Origin: Mobula hypostoma
Lineage: Eukaryota
Direction of reading: 5' to 3'
Assembly (NCBI RefSeq): GCF_963921235.1
Contig: NC_086097.1
Location: 84,198,001-84,262,000, forward strand
Length of the DNA stretch: 64,000 nt
In this document: piece after piece, positions 1 through 12,869 of the stretch
How the letters are laid out: each line of letters opens with the position of its first letter
Position numbering within the stretch: position 1 is the stretch's first letter
Position numbers and translations under genes: made by a program
Notes under the pieces: model-generated
The model's database searches: none
What the model saw: the letters and a program-made list of their open reading frames with translations, nothing else
What the model was told of the DNA's origin: nothing

Positions 1-103
1 ATCAGGAGGCTTTGCCAGTGCTACACCTTGCCCAAGGGTGACCTGCAGGCTAGCGGAGGGAAGGAGGGCTTTCCACCTCCTTTGCTAGAGATGTATCTCC
101 ACT
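1..103 (-). mobile_element. Probable 5' end of an RTE-type retroelement, cut by the window edge
   Basis: The reverse complement reads GTGGAGATACATCTCTAGCAAAGGAGGTGG...CTAGCCTGCAGGTCACCCTTGGGCAAGG. I recall this as a common elasmobranch repeat 5' end; not verified. Confidence 0.35.
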
Positions 104-1039
104 CTGCACTTCTGAGAGTTAAGGGAGCAGACAGGAAAATGGAATTGTGGATATAATCAGATTAATGATGATCATGTGGAATGGCAGAGCAGGACTGAGG
201 GGCCACAGGACTTACCTCTACTCCTACTTCTTATCTTCTTTTGTTCCTGTAAGATCCAAAGGGTCAAGGAATGACTTCCAACCAACGTGCAGCCACAAAA
301 CACGTCCCTTTGGAAGCTGCATGCTTGGCTTTGATTCCTAATAGAACTGAGACTAGCTGTTACACCAGTGTCATTTGGAAGTGTATCAAAGTGATTCTCA
401 ACACAATCGATGAAATCATGGTGAGAGGGTCACACAAAGGATCCAGCTTGTGATCTGCACCAGATCAAATTAGGTTCACAACAGCCGCTGGTACCCAAGT
501 TACTTATCTTCAATTATTTTATATTTGATACTTTGAGCACTTCATAAAGGGGTATGTGTTAGCGGACCTTTGGTCTGTCTTGCTGGAAAGTGGCCAAATG
601 AAAGCAGTCCACTGGAAGCAAAGCAATAGTTGCTTGTGGGAAGCATTTATTAATATCAAAAGAAGAGTTTAGTCTTCTTGGTGGACGGAGTGGTTTCTCC
701 ATCCAATTGGACCAGCGGAGCTAAGCAGGAGTCTGGGCTGGTTTGCATTAGATATGGTTCTTTTTTACTCGACAGTAGAAATAGTGTGACGTTGATGGAA
801 CCTTTGAAACAGGTGGGTTGAATTGTATGGTGTAGGGTCAATAATAAAAGCAAAGAGAGATCCGAGAAAGGGAAATGAGGCAGGAGAGAAACTATGGCAT
901 ATAGTTAGGCACTCATAGCAGGGACAATGAAAGAAATGATGGTAGTGAAAGAAAACGGACTAGATCTTGAATGTGCTCAAAACATGGCTGGTTTTAGCCA
1001 CTGGCTAAACTAAAAGATTGAGCAGACTGATAGTAAACA

Positions 1040-1600
1040 CTGTAAATAAACTGCGTAGGGAATATTCATCAGAGTGGCGCAGCATCTGGAGAGAGGAAAA
1101 CAGAATGAACAGGTCGACGACCTTTCAGCACAGTTGGATGGGATTACAGATCCAGGTTTTAAACAAGTTCAGTATCAGGAAAAGGTGAAAGGGAAGAGAG
1201 GGCAAGAAGCAACTGGAAATCCAGTGAAATTAACTGGATGTCAGAATGCAAAGTGAATGGTGACGGAGGAAGGAAAAGGAGGGGAGCAGAAAATGGGAAT
1301 AAAAACTGCAGATTCTGGAAATCTAAAACAAAACTGAAAAGTGCTGCAAGTGCTCGGCAAATCAGGCCACATCTGTGGGAAGAGAAACAAAGTTAATGTT
1401 TCAGATCAAAGACCTTTTGTCAGAGCTGCAAAAGAGACAAAAGGCAATTGAAAAGGGAAGGTGAAGTATAGGGTATGACGTTTCTGATAGGGTTCAACCA
1501 GGGTAAGCTGTAAACTGTAAACCAGGTTATGAGTGAATCTAACAGTTAGAGAATGAGAACAAAGACAAAAGAATGTGGAAGTTGCAAAATGCAGAACAGG
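1040..1600 (-). mobile_element. Decayed Penelope-like element termini
   Basis: Contains the motif CTGCAGATTCTGGAAATCT...CAGGCCACATCTGTGGGAAGAGAAAC...GTTTCAGATCAAAGACCTTTTGTCAG, homologous to the 26.1 kb arm, plus a purine-rich tract. Confidence 0.5.
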
Positions 1601-2049
1601 AAGACATCAGAATCAAGTTTATTATCACCAGCATGTGTCGTGAAATTTGTTAACTTAGCAGCAGCAGTTCAATGCAATATGTAATATAGAAGAAAATAAA
1701 TCAATCAATCTATTACAGTATATGTATATTGAAAAGTATCACATCCTTCAAATGTTAAAATCCAGATTTGACTAGGTAGTTATCTAAAGGGCAATGAGTT
1801 GTCTTATCCATTCCAGTAGGACTGGATGGATGATAGTTGAAGCATACAAAGAACCAAAAACTTATCCATCCTCCATCAAGCACTGAAATATTAATCCTTT
1901 ACCAATAATGACCTATCCAATAATTAATGGAGTAATGTCTAGATCTTCTTCTCAGCCAGTCTCTTGACTTGCTTCCTTTCTGGTTTTCTGCATTCTGATA
2001 TGGCTGGTAAATCAAACTAAGGAACTGCAGACTCCTCTAAGGATAGGAC

Positions 2050-2282
2050 AAGTGACGAGGTGCCCTCCTTCCATTGCTCATGCAGGGCCTCAGCGTGCTT
2101 CTGGTACATGGATGCAGGTTTCTGAATACGAGCTCAAAGGCTTCTCCGCATTGAATGGTCAAGTATCTGGGATTCCCAGGAATCGTTAAGTTTGTTGCCT
2201 TCTTTCAATGAGTCTTTGAGCACATTTCTGAATCTTTGCGCGTATCCACCTGGTAAATTCTTTGCGTGACAGAGCTCGCAGT
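2050..2282 (-). mobile_element. RTE LINE 3' remnant
   Basis: Translation ELCHAKNLPGGYAQRFRNVLKDSLK resembles the RTE ORF C-terminus; compare ELASGKRAQGQPHLCFKDVCKRDMK in the 16.6-16.9 kb copy. Confidence 0.6.
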
Positions 2283-2286
2283 GGGA

Positions 2287-2493
2287 GACACAAGATGCTG
2301 GAATCTGGAGCAACACACAAAATGCTGGGGGGACTCAGTTGATCAGGTATCATCTGTGGAGGGAAATGGAGAGTCGAAGTTACTGCTTGAGACCCTTCAT
2401 CTGGACACTTCAGTCCAAAAATGTCATTAGTTCATTTCCTTCCTTAGATGCTGCCTGACCCACTGAGATTCTCCATTGCTGTGTGTACTGCTG
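2287..2493. mobile_element. Inverted pair of decayed Penelope-like termini
   Basis: The left arm ACACACAAAATGCTGG...ACTCAG...CATCTGTGGAGGGAAATG is roughly complementary to the right arm CATTTCCTTCCTTAGATGCTGCC...CTGAG...GTGTGT. A degenerate hammerhead core lies at about 2372-2406. Confidence 0.6.
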
Positions 2494-2599
2494 TCTGATG
2501 TAGGAGTTAGGTGTTGGCGTGCAAATGAAGCACCCTGCCAACTGAACTGACTTGCTGCAACCATTCCTTTATTTATTTATTTTTATTATTGCTAACCAA

Positions 2600-3070
2600 G
2601 TCTAAACAAACCTACTACATACTAAATGTAATGCAACGGGTCAGAATGCTCTCCACCCAGTGAGATTTTTTTTTCTGTTGTAGACCTGTTACGCTGTGGG
2701 TTAATCCTAGCCATGACTAACCACTCAAAAGCTCTACACTATAGCCGAGTCATTGACTGCCGTCTTGAAGCAGCTCGAAACTCATAGACCTCAGCTGTGA
2801 GAGGCTGATGTCTTTGAACACGCCACCCAGTTGGCTGCCACAGGTGTTCAGTACCCTGCCAGGTACACCTTTGGTGCTTGACACCTTGTGAGGGGTCACC
2901 TTCTTGAAGGATGTTCTGACGTTGGCCTCTGAGACATAAATCCATAGAGTCGCCAGATGCTGTGGGGATTCGCACAGGAATAGCGTTATTCTCCATTTCA
3001 AAGCGTGCATAAGAGGCATTGAGCTCATCTGGAAATGAAGCATCAGTGCTGTCAATGAACACCCCATGGC
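2600..3070 (-). mobile_element. Rex1/Babar-type LINE reverse-transcriptase remnant
   Basis: Frameshifted ORFs give DASFPDELNASYARFE and SEANVRTSFKKVTPHKVSSTKGVPGRVLNTCGSQLGGVFKDI, typical of the Rex1/Babar RT N-terminal region. Confidence 0.75.
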
Positions 3071-3924
3071 TGATACACTAATGTCCCTTGTCAACAAAAG
3101 TTTAACATTGGAAAATGATCTTGCTGCATGCTACTTGGTGCACTATATGGTTATGTGGTATATACTTAATTGCTCAGACATATTCCTGCACCATCTCAAG
3201 TTGATTTGTTCAGTACTGCAGGATGATAACAGCATCAAAAGGAAAGAATGCATTCTCGGTGTTGGTGAACAACAAATGGACACAGCACCTCTGTAGCTGA
3301 TGAGATTTAAAAATAGAGCAGTATACAGGGGCAGCTCTGAAGGAGGATAAAATAGAGTGCATAATTTAGTGCAGACAAAAAAATAAAGAGAGCAAAATAA
3401 AGAAAACATTTCAGAAAAATCTAATAAGTAAAATTTGTTTAAAAATTGATATTTTAAGTTCTCCAACAACAGTCCATTATCTGATTAAATGAGCCTTCAA
3501 TCATTCATTATCTGACCACAGAAATCTATTGGCATTTACAGAAAAAATATCATATCATTAAATTTGGATTTAGATTTTTAATTATATGAGATGACTTCCT
3601 GTGGTAAGTTTAATGGGCAGTTATTGTGTAAAGGCAGCAACTATGAAGTTCCATTGAGTTTGGGGCTGGAGTTAGTATTATGCACTGCGAATCATCCAGC
3701 AACAACCAGTGGGTACATTTCAACAGAGTCTCTCAATGCAACTCTTTGGATGTCACCTTGGCAACCTGTTTGGAACCAATATCTGACATTGTTGGCTTGA
3801 GGATTCATCCCACAGAAACAGGTCTTGGGTGGGACTGCAGAAAATACCTTAGCAGAACAATCTAAATATGATTAAAAAGAGATATGGATTGATTTAGTGA
3901 CACCATTCATAAATTGAAGACAAT

Positions 3925-4460
3925 TCCCGTGACGTTCTGTTGCTGGGACCGAGAGCAAGAAAAGACCTGAGGTTTGGTCGATTTAAGTGCTGAGCTGAAC
4001 TGGAAAGGTCAGGCTCAGACCAAATTGGGGTGGTGGTGCTTGGTCCTGAGAACAAGGAACAGTCTGAGGAATGGATGATTTAAGTGCTGGGCCAGATTGA
4101 AAAGATCAGGGTGAGGGACAGGACAGTTCAGCTCGCTGCTTCACAAGGTTTACTTGTCTTCACACTGAATGCCAGCTCACTGCTCTGTGAGGTTTACTCG
4201 AGCCTGCAACTAACGAGCTTCTGAACTGGCTGTAGTGAGGCCTCACTTTCATGAACTTCAGTTCTGAATGCTATTTGCTGACATTTATTGTTGGCACAAT
4301 TTGTTTTTTTCTCTCTCTGCACATCGGGTGCTCAATGGCCTTCTTTTGTTTTAATGGGTTCTATTGGGTTTCTTTGTTTTGTGGCTGCCTGGAAGCAGAG
4401 AAATCTCAAGGTTGTATAAAGTATATATATTTAGATAATAAATGTACTTTGTACTTTTCA
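3925..4460 (+). mobile_element. Non-autonomous Rex1/Babar-like element
   Basis: The 3' end GAAATCTCAAGGTTGTATA...GATAATAAATGTACTTTG is shared with the tails at 49.5 kb and 51.5 kb. Confidence 0.55.
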
Positions 4461-4924
4461 GCATACCCACAGTGTAGGTATTGCAGAGTCCTTAAGCAAC
4501 AGATTAAGATCCCACAAGCAACAAGGAAGGAGTAAGATTACTGGATCTTCTTTTAGTGAAATCAGTTGAGAGCAAGATATCGATGTAGAGAATTCCTCCA
4601 AATCTTCTGCATCGAGCTGAGGCCATCTCTTGCAAAACGCAGCCTGTGCAGTACAGCGGTAGAATCAGGCTAGAACACGTGCAAAGGGCCTTTGAGCATA
4701 AACCCAGTTCCTTCTGATTCAGAGCTGAATGAGCTCAAAATAAGAGTAATATAGCCTAACTATCTGGCTTGTCATTTAGTGCTAACTTCAAGGTGCCCAG
4801 TGGCGATCCATGAAATGGTGCCATGAACAGGTTCACAGGGACTTGCTAGCAAGGCCAGCATTTATTGTCCATTCCTAACCGCACCCTGACATAACTGGTT
4901 TACTGGGACTTTGCAGTGAGCAAA

Positions 4925-5140
4925 ATTAAAACAGGGTGTTGAAAGCACACAGCAGGTCAGGCAGCATTTGTGGGAAGAGAAACAGTTAGCGCTCCAGGTG
5001 TTAAACGCTTTGGCAGAGCAAACAAGTTGGTTTTCCGTTACAGAGAATGTGTTTCTTCTTCCACAGATTCTGCCTGACCTGTTGAGTGTTTCCAGCATTC
5101 CCAGTGTTTATTTCAAATTTCCAGTGCCTGCAGTTTTTAA
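4925..5140. mobile_element. Inverted pair of decayed Penelope-like termini
   Basis: CAGCAGGTCAGGCAGCATTTGTGGGAAGAGAAAC is complementary to GTTTCTTCTTCCACAGATTCTGCCTGACCTGTTG about 60 bp downstream. Confidence 0.65.
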
Positions 5141-6439
5141 ATATTTTCACTTTAGAGCACATTTAAGAAACTACCATACCGGTGGTTGTGTACGGGGAAG
5201 ACAAGGTAAGGAATCCATATTTCCTTCCCCACCATTAATTAACCAGTTGCTTTTTTATTATATTCTGGTTGTGTCATGATAATTCTTACTAATGTCAGTT
5301 TTTGAATTCCAGATTTTGTTGGTTATTTAAAGTTACATAGACCTGCTACATGGAGATTTGAATTTGAATCATTTTTCTAGGTCTTTTTGTAATAGTCTGG
5401 TACACTATATTCTAGACAAAAACAGTGGGTAGAAACGTGGATCTGACATTGACAATCTACTGGAATGTAATCAGCTAAAAGGTGAACGCACACTATTATA
5501 CCACATTTGCTAACACTATGCTTTTTCAGTGGGAGTAATATATTTCTCCTAGCTCTCTGTTCAGTTTATTTTCATGAATCTGACAGAGTCAGTAAAATTA
5601 ACCCCTGACTGCTGCCCCTTCAGAAATAAAACATGTTTTTAAGGCAGCTGTGTTTTTTCTAAATGAAAGAATCTCCTACACCTGCAATAAGCCATCCGTT
5701 GCAAAGATTCTCAGTATTAACCCCAGTGACCCCAGCATTTTTGGAAGGATCCACAATCCATATCAGAGGTGCAAAATGCAGCCGAAAGGGCAGAGAGAAG
5801 AGACTTCTCTTCATAAATATCCTTTGTTATTAAATGCTCAGGCCTTTGCTTAAAACAGATGGTCTTTTGTCAGCCTGTCTGAGGATTTTAGCGAGCAGTA
5901 GTTTACTGAAAGCAGTGACTTTGGATGGAGTAGGGTGGTGGTGGTGGTGGTGGTGAGGGGGGGCATGTCATCAGAATTATTGTTTTTGCAATTTCTTTTT
6001 CAAATAAGAACAAGAAAGAACTTGTAGTCATGTAGCAAGTTTTAAAATACTTTACTGTCAACTAAGTGCTTTGCCCAGTTATAAAGTAGCTGAGAAGCTT
6101 GCGGTAGCTGTGAAGTAAGAGACATTAGGTTTGTGATTCAAGGCAGTGCCTGATGGCAGTCACTCGGGTCAGGTGTTGGTTAAGGGTCCATCATTCAACA
6201 GGAGATCAGAGAAGTCCCATGCTCATCTTCCAGAGATGAGCAAGAGATCTCTCTGTGAGAGGACACATATAGTCTCAGTTCGTCTTTGATGAGAAGTTTG
6301 AACTCATCAAAGGATGGCATGTCAAATGATGCAAGACTGCATTGAATTTGAAGTACACATTTCAGTAATAAAGCAATAGTACTGGAACCTGAGCTGTATT
6401 ATCACTGAGTTTCTCAGTGCCACTTAACTTACTAAATTT

Positions 6440-7030
6440 CAAAGTTCAAAGTAAATTTATTGTCAAAGTATGTCGCCATCTACAGCCCTGAAATGTGTTT
6501 TCTTGTGGGCATACTCAATGGGCATTGAACCAGTGTGCAGAGGGCAATGAACTATGCAAGTACAGAAAGAAGGAAATAATAATAAATAAATAAGCAATAA
6601 ATATCAAGAACATGAGCTGAAGAGTCCTTGAAAGTGAGTCTGTAGGTTGTGGGAACTTTTCAATGATGCTGCAAGTGAAGTTGAGTGCAGTTATTCCCTT
6701 GGGTTCAAGGACCTGATGGTTGAGGAGCAATAACTGTTCCTGAACCTGGTGGTGTGAGCCCTGAGGCTCCTGTACCTTCTTCCTACTGGCAGCAGTAAGA
6801 AGAGAGCATGACCTGGATGGTGGAGGTCCCTGATGATTGGTGCTGCTTTCCTGTGACAATGCTCCATGTAGACGTGTTCAATGATGGGGAGGGCTTTAGC
6901 CGTGATGGACTAGGTCATATCCACTGTTTTTTGTAGGATTCTCTGGGCAAGGACATTGGTGTTTCCATACCAGGCTGTGATACGGCCAGTCAATATACTC
7001 TCCACTATATAGAAGTTGGTCAAAGTTTCT
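6440..7030 (-). mobile_element. Rex1/Babar-type LINE 3' fragment
   Basis: Tail AAAGTTCAAAGTAAATTTATTGTCAAAGTA and the ORF-end motif CTGTTCCTGAACCTGGTGGTGTGAG...CTCCTGTACCTTCTTCCT; homologous to 8278-8640 and 48680-49530. Confidence 0.75.
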
Positions 7031-7879
7031 TTCATCAAACAAAAATAGATAATGCCGAAAATCCAGAATCCTGTTTGACAGCCAGGTTTATCTTCTTACC
7101 TCTATTATTTAGATAGTTGCTTACCAAAATAAAATGTTTGCAAATATTTTTCAGTGTTTGCTTCTGATTTACCGTAGTGTCTGGCACCTAGGCAAGATGT
7201 ACCAGTGTTTTGCTTCCAGTGTGTTATGGGCAGGATGAGCTCACTGTGACTAACCTGTGTTTATTCAGCTAGGCTCTACAACTTCCCACAAAATTTTAGC
7301 AGATAAACAATGAAAATATCTAGCACTTATTTCATATAAATCAGCCAAAGTTTTGTGGAAATATCGATATCACAACCTTTGAGCAGCAGCTGGTGTTGCT
7401 GCAGTGATCTCATCCTGTCTACAGATTCAAGTCCCTCTTTCATGGAATTTGTAGCTATACAGGATTAGCTCAACATGGTGTTGCTTCAGTCACTCTGGTG
7501 AAGTACAGTGGGAGGAGGCAAGTTGTACCTTTGCTAAATCGATGACGCCATAATATGCTCCCCCATTATTCAGCCAATCTTAGTGGTTCTATTGAACATG
7601 AATCTCTTTGCACTAGTCTCCGCACTCATGACCTTCAGTTGGAAATCCCACTAAGGTTCATACCACAGGACACCTCCAAAGCTGAAGAGCAGTGAGGTAA
7701 TAGTGGTTAGCTGACACGGCATCTGCTTTGTAAAAGCTTACTGACTGTGGAAAGAAGGAAAGAGTGAGCAAAGTTTCCTGTGGAAAGCATGACTGGGAGC
7801 TAGAATGAGTGATGTGAAAAGCTGAATCTTATGCTCACAGAGGAAATTAGAGAGAGACAGAAAAGAGTACAGGAGAATG

Positions 7880-8890
7880 CAATCTTATCCAATGTGTGAG
7901 TGAATTTAGCAAAAGCATCGACATCAATTTACAGCTCAGCAAATGGAGTATTGTAAGCAGCAGGACCAAGACAATATTTCTTGCAGCTCCCACCACCACC
8001 ATCAATATCCTATGGGCCATCATTAATCTGAAACCCAAGTTCACCAGTCACATAAACACCATGGCTGCGCGGACAGCTGAAAGGCTGGTATCCTGCAGTG
8101 AGTGACTCACCTTTCTGTTATCTCCTCGAACAAAGAGCGAGGTAGAATACTGTTCACTTAGCCTTGGTGCCAACAACTCTCAAGGAGCTCAAGACCATTC
8201 AGGGCGAAATAACATGCTTGATTGGCACCTTATTGATCATCTTAGTGTTCATTTTTTTCAGTGGCTGCAGTGTATATCAAAGTTCAAAGTAAATTTTATT
8301 ATCAAAGCACATATATGTCTCCATGTACAACCCCAAGATTCATTTTCCCGAGGGTCTACTCAGCAAATCTATAACAACATCAATGAAAGATCAACCAGAG
8401 TGCCGAAGACATCAAACTATGCAAATGCAAATGTTAAAAAATAGCGATAAATAACAAGAACATGAGATAATAAGATAAAGAGTCCTTAAAGTGAGATCAT
8501 TGGTTGTGGGAACATCTCAATGGATGGGCAAGTGAGTGTAGTTATCCCCTTTGTTCAAGAGCCTAATGGTTGTGTAACTGTCCTTGAACCTAGTGGTGTG
8601 AGTCCTGGCACTCTGGTACCTTCTACCTGATGGCAACAGCATTGCATTTTCTACCCAAGGATAAGAACTGTACTAACTGTAGTTTCTTCTCAGGCTGTTT
8701 CCTCAACCTAAACTGACAATTAATTTCCATTATTTAAACATTGTGACATCCAAATCCTGGCACTCCCTACCCAACAGCACAGAGGGAGTGTCTTCACTAG
8801 TAGGACTGTGGTGGCTCAAGAAGGCAGTTTATCACTAACTTCTCAAGGGCAGCGAGGATTGCGCAATAAATACTGGCTATGTCAAGATGC
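7880..8890 (+). mobile_element. Old CR1/L2-group LINE 3' remnant, interrupted by a Rex1/Babar tail
   Basis: LKPKFTSHINTMAARTAERL and the CCAACAACTCTCAAGGAGCTCAAGACCATTCAGG (PTTLKELKTIQ) motif. It resumes after 8640 with CCTGGCACTCCCTACCCAACAGCAC and ends at AATAAA. Confidence 0.55.
8278..8640 (-). mobile_element. Rex1/Babar-type LINE 3' fragment
   Basis: Clear homology to 6440-6800. Confidence 0.75.
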
Positions 8891-9484
8891 CATGATCACA
8901 ATACACGTAGGTTTTCATAATTGGTTGCTGCAAATAAAATCAGAGTCACAACTCAAATGAAAGGCCACTTAATTATCAGAAACTTTAATTCCCCCCCTCC
9001 CCCTGTGCTTTCCCTTAGTCCTATTTTCCAACAATGAAGTTCCATCTCAGTCCTACAAGATGGCAGAAGGCTTTTCCCTTGCAACTAAAGAGGCAACAGG
9101 TGGTTGTGTTGGTCACCCACGAGCAGGCTGGACTGAGATGGCAGGCTTCCTGGGGGCTGTGTAGCCAAGGCCAGCATCGAGGGTGCAGGTGAGGCAACGA
9201 CAAATGCTGACACCTTGAGGATGGGAAGACTCACTGGTGCTCTCCTGTGCTGGACTTCAAAGGAGCCTGTAGCTTGGTGAAGGTCAGACTGCACTGTTGC
9301 CATTGCAGCCTCCAAGCTTGTGTTAACAGGCAAACTCTGGGCTATGATGGCAGCAGAGTGTGCCTGAGAGGCTTTAATTCCAGTTGTCCAAACGTGTATC
9401 ATGAGGACTGTGTTGCGAAGCAGACGATACTTCTCTCATCTGCTCTGCAGGCCTTCCATAGCTCTGTTTATTTGGCTGGTCAAA

Positions 9485-9762
9485 CATAGAGTCACAGAGC
9501 ACTACAGCTCAGAAACAGGCCCACCGGCCCATTTAGTCCATGCCAGACTGTTATTCTGCCTAGTCCCTTCGACCCACACGTGGATCATAGTCCTCCATAG
9601 CCCTTGCATCCATGTATTTATCCAAACTTCTCCTAAGTGTTGCAATCAAATCCACATCTGCCACTTCTGTTGGCAGCTCATTCCACACCTGTAAAGAAGT
9701 AAAGAAGTTCCCTCTCAGATTTCTCTTAAATAGCTCAGCTTTCACCCTTAATGTATGACTCT
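9485..9762 (-). mobile_element. CR1 LINE 3' end
   Basis: ORF KAELFKRNLRGNFFT..VWNELP..LDKYM is the CR1 ORF2 C-terminus. The tail is CATAGAGTCACAGAG on +. Confidence 0.8.
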
Positions 9763-10368
9763 AGGTAGCAAACTCACCCCACCGGTCTCCAAACACTTGC
9801 TCATGAGTATGGCGCGTTCATAAGTTGGCCGCTTGCAAGCTGGCAAGACAAAGTGTATTGTTTCACATGTGCACACACCCCTGAAGGTGAAGTGCAACGT
9901 AAGCCACAATCACCAGGAGAAGCACATATAGCTAGGGTGCCTAAGATTCTTGCTCAGTATTGCATTTGTTAACATGGAATGGGGAATGAGTTTGCAAATC
10001 TGGCGGGAGCAAAGGATATTGGGAATGGCGCGGGTGGAGTGGCGCAGGAGGGGTGTGGGACAGGTGGCAGAGAAGGAGTGCCAGGAGCAGAGAGCGGTGC
10101 AGGTGCAGATACACCCAGTCCTGTGACACCAGGCGAGGTCATTTCATTCCGAACAATTGGTTTACTAATCGTTACAGAAAGTCTCTCTGGTCCTTCACAC
10201 TCCCTCCCCTCTGCCTTCCCTTCTCCCAACCATGATTCCCCTCTCCCTGCCTCCTTCACACTCTCAGTCCACAATGGAGACCCTTATCAGAATCAGGTTA
10301 ATCATCACTCACATCATGAAATTTATTTTTTTTGTGGTAGCAGTACAGTACAATACATAAAATTACTA

Positions 10369-10429
10369 CAGTACTGTGCAAGAGTCCAAGCTATATATAT
10401 ATATGTGCCTAAAAATTTTGCGCAGTATG
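10369..10429. mobile_element. Tiny Tc1/mariner-like MITE
   Basis: TA|CAGTACTGTGCAAGAGTC...(TA)n...AATTTTGCGCAGTATG gives imperfect terminal inverted repeats around a TA microsatellite. Confidence 0.55.
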
Positions 10430-11199
10430 CATCTTTAATTCAATAACTGGTATCTGATTCTGCATTTGTTTTCTTTCTGCTTCTGTAGCTTGATTAGATT
10501 ATACCTAACAATTGCAAGCAATTTCTGCATATTCACATCACAGATTCCTTTCAGAATGGTAATGATTCCATGAGGTTTCCTCTGAGTCTTAAATATTGCA
10601 ATCTGCTCAATCCTTTGTGCTCAGTTCTCCAAATTCTTAGTGTCTGGAAAACTTTTCGATATTTTGTTTAGTGACTTTACATGCATTTTTGTGGCGTGAA
10701 GCCTGGAACTGCGCACTGTTCTAACCACGATACGACATACATTTAACATCTCTTTGAGCTTTCATGCTGCTTTGGAAATGAATAACCTCATTAGTTTCTT
10801 CAGCTTCAGTTGAAACTTTTACCAATTGCATTTCCAGTTTACCCTGTTTGGTTTCCTCCCATCCACGGGTCAAAATCACTTCTCATCTCTGCGACTGAAA
10901 TCAACCAACTCTAACTGCAGACTGAGCCAGTGAATAGCCGTCTGATTGACAGGTACCTGGGTTGGAAGCCTGTGCTAGACATCGATACACCTACAGCAAT
11001 AACCTAAACTGGAAAAGGGAAGAGACTGTAAGGGCCAAGTACAAGTAGAACATCAAACATAGAGCAGTACTCACTGTAATAGGTCTTTCGACAACAATGT
11101 TGTGACAATCTAATTAAACTAGTAATTAGGAGCCTACTAAATGTGACCCTTCTGCCTACACAAATCCATATTTCCTCTATTCTCTGTGTAAGCAATGGG

Positions 11200-11520
11200 C
11201 AGAATCAGAATAAAATCTGTTTTAATACCACTGGCATAAGTCATAAAATTTATTGTTTGGTGCCAGCAGTACATTGCAAACATAATTTTAAAAATCTATA
11301 AATTACAATAAGAAATCTAAATTAAAATTAAATTAAATTAGTATTGCAAAAGGGAAGCAAAAAGTATTGAGGTGGTGTTCAATGACCATTCAGAAATCTG
11401 ATGGCAGAGGGGAAGAAACATTGAATGAGTGTCTTCAGGCTCCTGTACCTCCTCTTTGATGGTAGCAATGAGAAGAGGACATGTCCTGGGTGATGGGGGT
11501 CCTTAATGATGGCAGAGGAC
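11200..11520 (-). mobile_element. Rex1/Babar-type LINE 3' fragment
   Basis: (AGAATC)n tail plus CAGGCTCCTGTACCTCCTC...GATGGTAGCAATGAGAAGAGG, shared with the other copies. Confidence 0.7.
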
Positions 11521-12459
11521 ATTGTCTAAGACTTAAAACAAAGTGAATTGTTGTAAGAAGGTTATAGACAAAGAGAGGTAAAGAATACAAAACGAAGTCG
11601 AAGTCATGAGACTCCTCAAATCTAATCTGCGACTCAGTAAGGTGCTGACTGATATAGTGCCCCATCTATTTTATTGTCCAAACCCCTTATCCTCTGACTC
11701 CCATATTGTACAAAATTCCTCATGTTATCAGCCTTAAATAGCCAGTGAAGTAACCACTGCCATGCAAAGTGAAGAACTCTGAAACCTTACTATACCCTTC
11801 AAGTGAGGAACTGGCTTGGCAATCCTGTGGGAGTAATGAGCTGGACTCTGAGACAGTGCAATGAGTACAGTTTTCAAACCTTCTTGACAAAAGTAAAGCT
11901 GTGGCTCTCTTTGGAAAGACACCTGCAAACATTTGAAAGTTACCTTATTTGGCCTGCTTTTAGATATGTCAAACAAATGGTAAAATTTATACAGGGATCA
12001 GATTAATTCCAAGTTAGTTCAATGTCACATTTTGCACACTGAACATTTTTCAAAGAGTGACTATCTCATCAAATAAAGCAATAAACACTAACATTGCAAA
12101 GTGGTTAAATAGGCCAGACAAAAATAAAGAGGGGACTGGGGTCTCTTGAGATCTGCAATGAAACGTCATGAATGTTAAACAGAAAAACCTCAGGGAAGCC
12201 TGGCATTCTTACTTCACATCACAATAATCCAGTGTTTGGATACAGCTGAAAGTGTTTCTTTCAGTGGATCAGGGAATATGTCGGAACAGTGACCTTGCTA
12301 ATGAGATGAGATGCACCTTCAGCTGTTAGTAATTAAGCCAAATGTTTGGTTTGTGGAGATGTCTGTCGCTGCTGCAGAATTGTTCTGATGTATGCTCAGA
12401 GGGCAGACGGGGTTTCACTGGTGCGGTGGAGCAGCGCACCTGTGTCCTTCAGCACTTAC

Positions 12460-12526
12460 TCCCGGCTTTTTTAGTCTCCCCAGGGTCCTAGCACCTGCTA
12501 GTTCAATGTTGGCAAAGACAAAACTC
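12460..12526 (-). other. Candidate 67-nt spliced exon of an unknown transcript
   Basis: Minus-strand acceptor TTTTCTTTTCAAACTTTTTCAG| and donor GGA|GTAAGT in non-repeat sequence. One frame is open (SFVFANIELAGARTLGRLKKPG); the product is not recognised. Confidence 0.4.
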
Positions 12527-12869
12527 CTGAAAAAGTTTGAAAAGAAAATCAGAGTTGGAAGGGTCTAAACTTCCAATGAAAAAGTTATTTCAGTGTCAAT
12601 GTAACTTCGAAAGAACGGCTAGATAAATAAATATTCAATAATTAGTTCCACGAATACCCTTTGCTTGCATATTGATTATTTAATTTACTGTTAAATGGTG
12701 ATTTTATTTGCATTCAGCATTGTCCGAACTTAATGTTAATTCTTGTTTGATCAAATGATGTGAAAATATATTACATTGGAAGAATTAATATAGATTTCCA
12801 AAAAATAAAATAATGCCAAGATAGTATTAGAAATGAATATTTTTCTCCAATTCTCATATTTTTCTTAGC

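Noticed and set aside
380..1030. L2-like RT remnant (also about 47690-48050)
   Set aside because: The motif resemblance is too faint and degenerate to support a call without a search.
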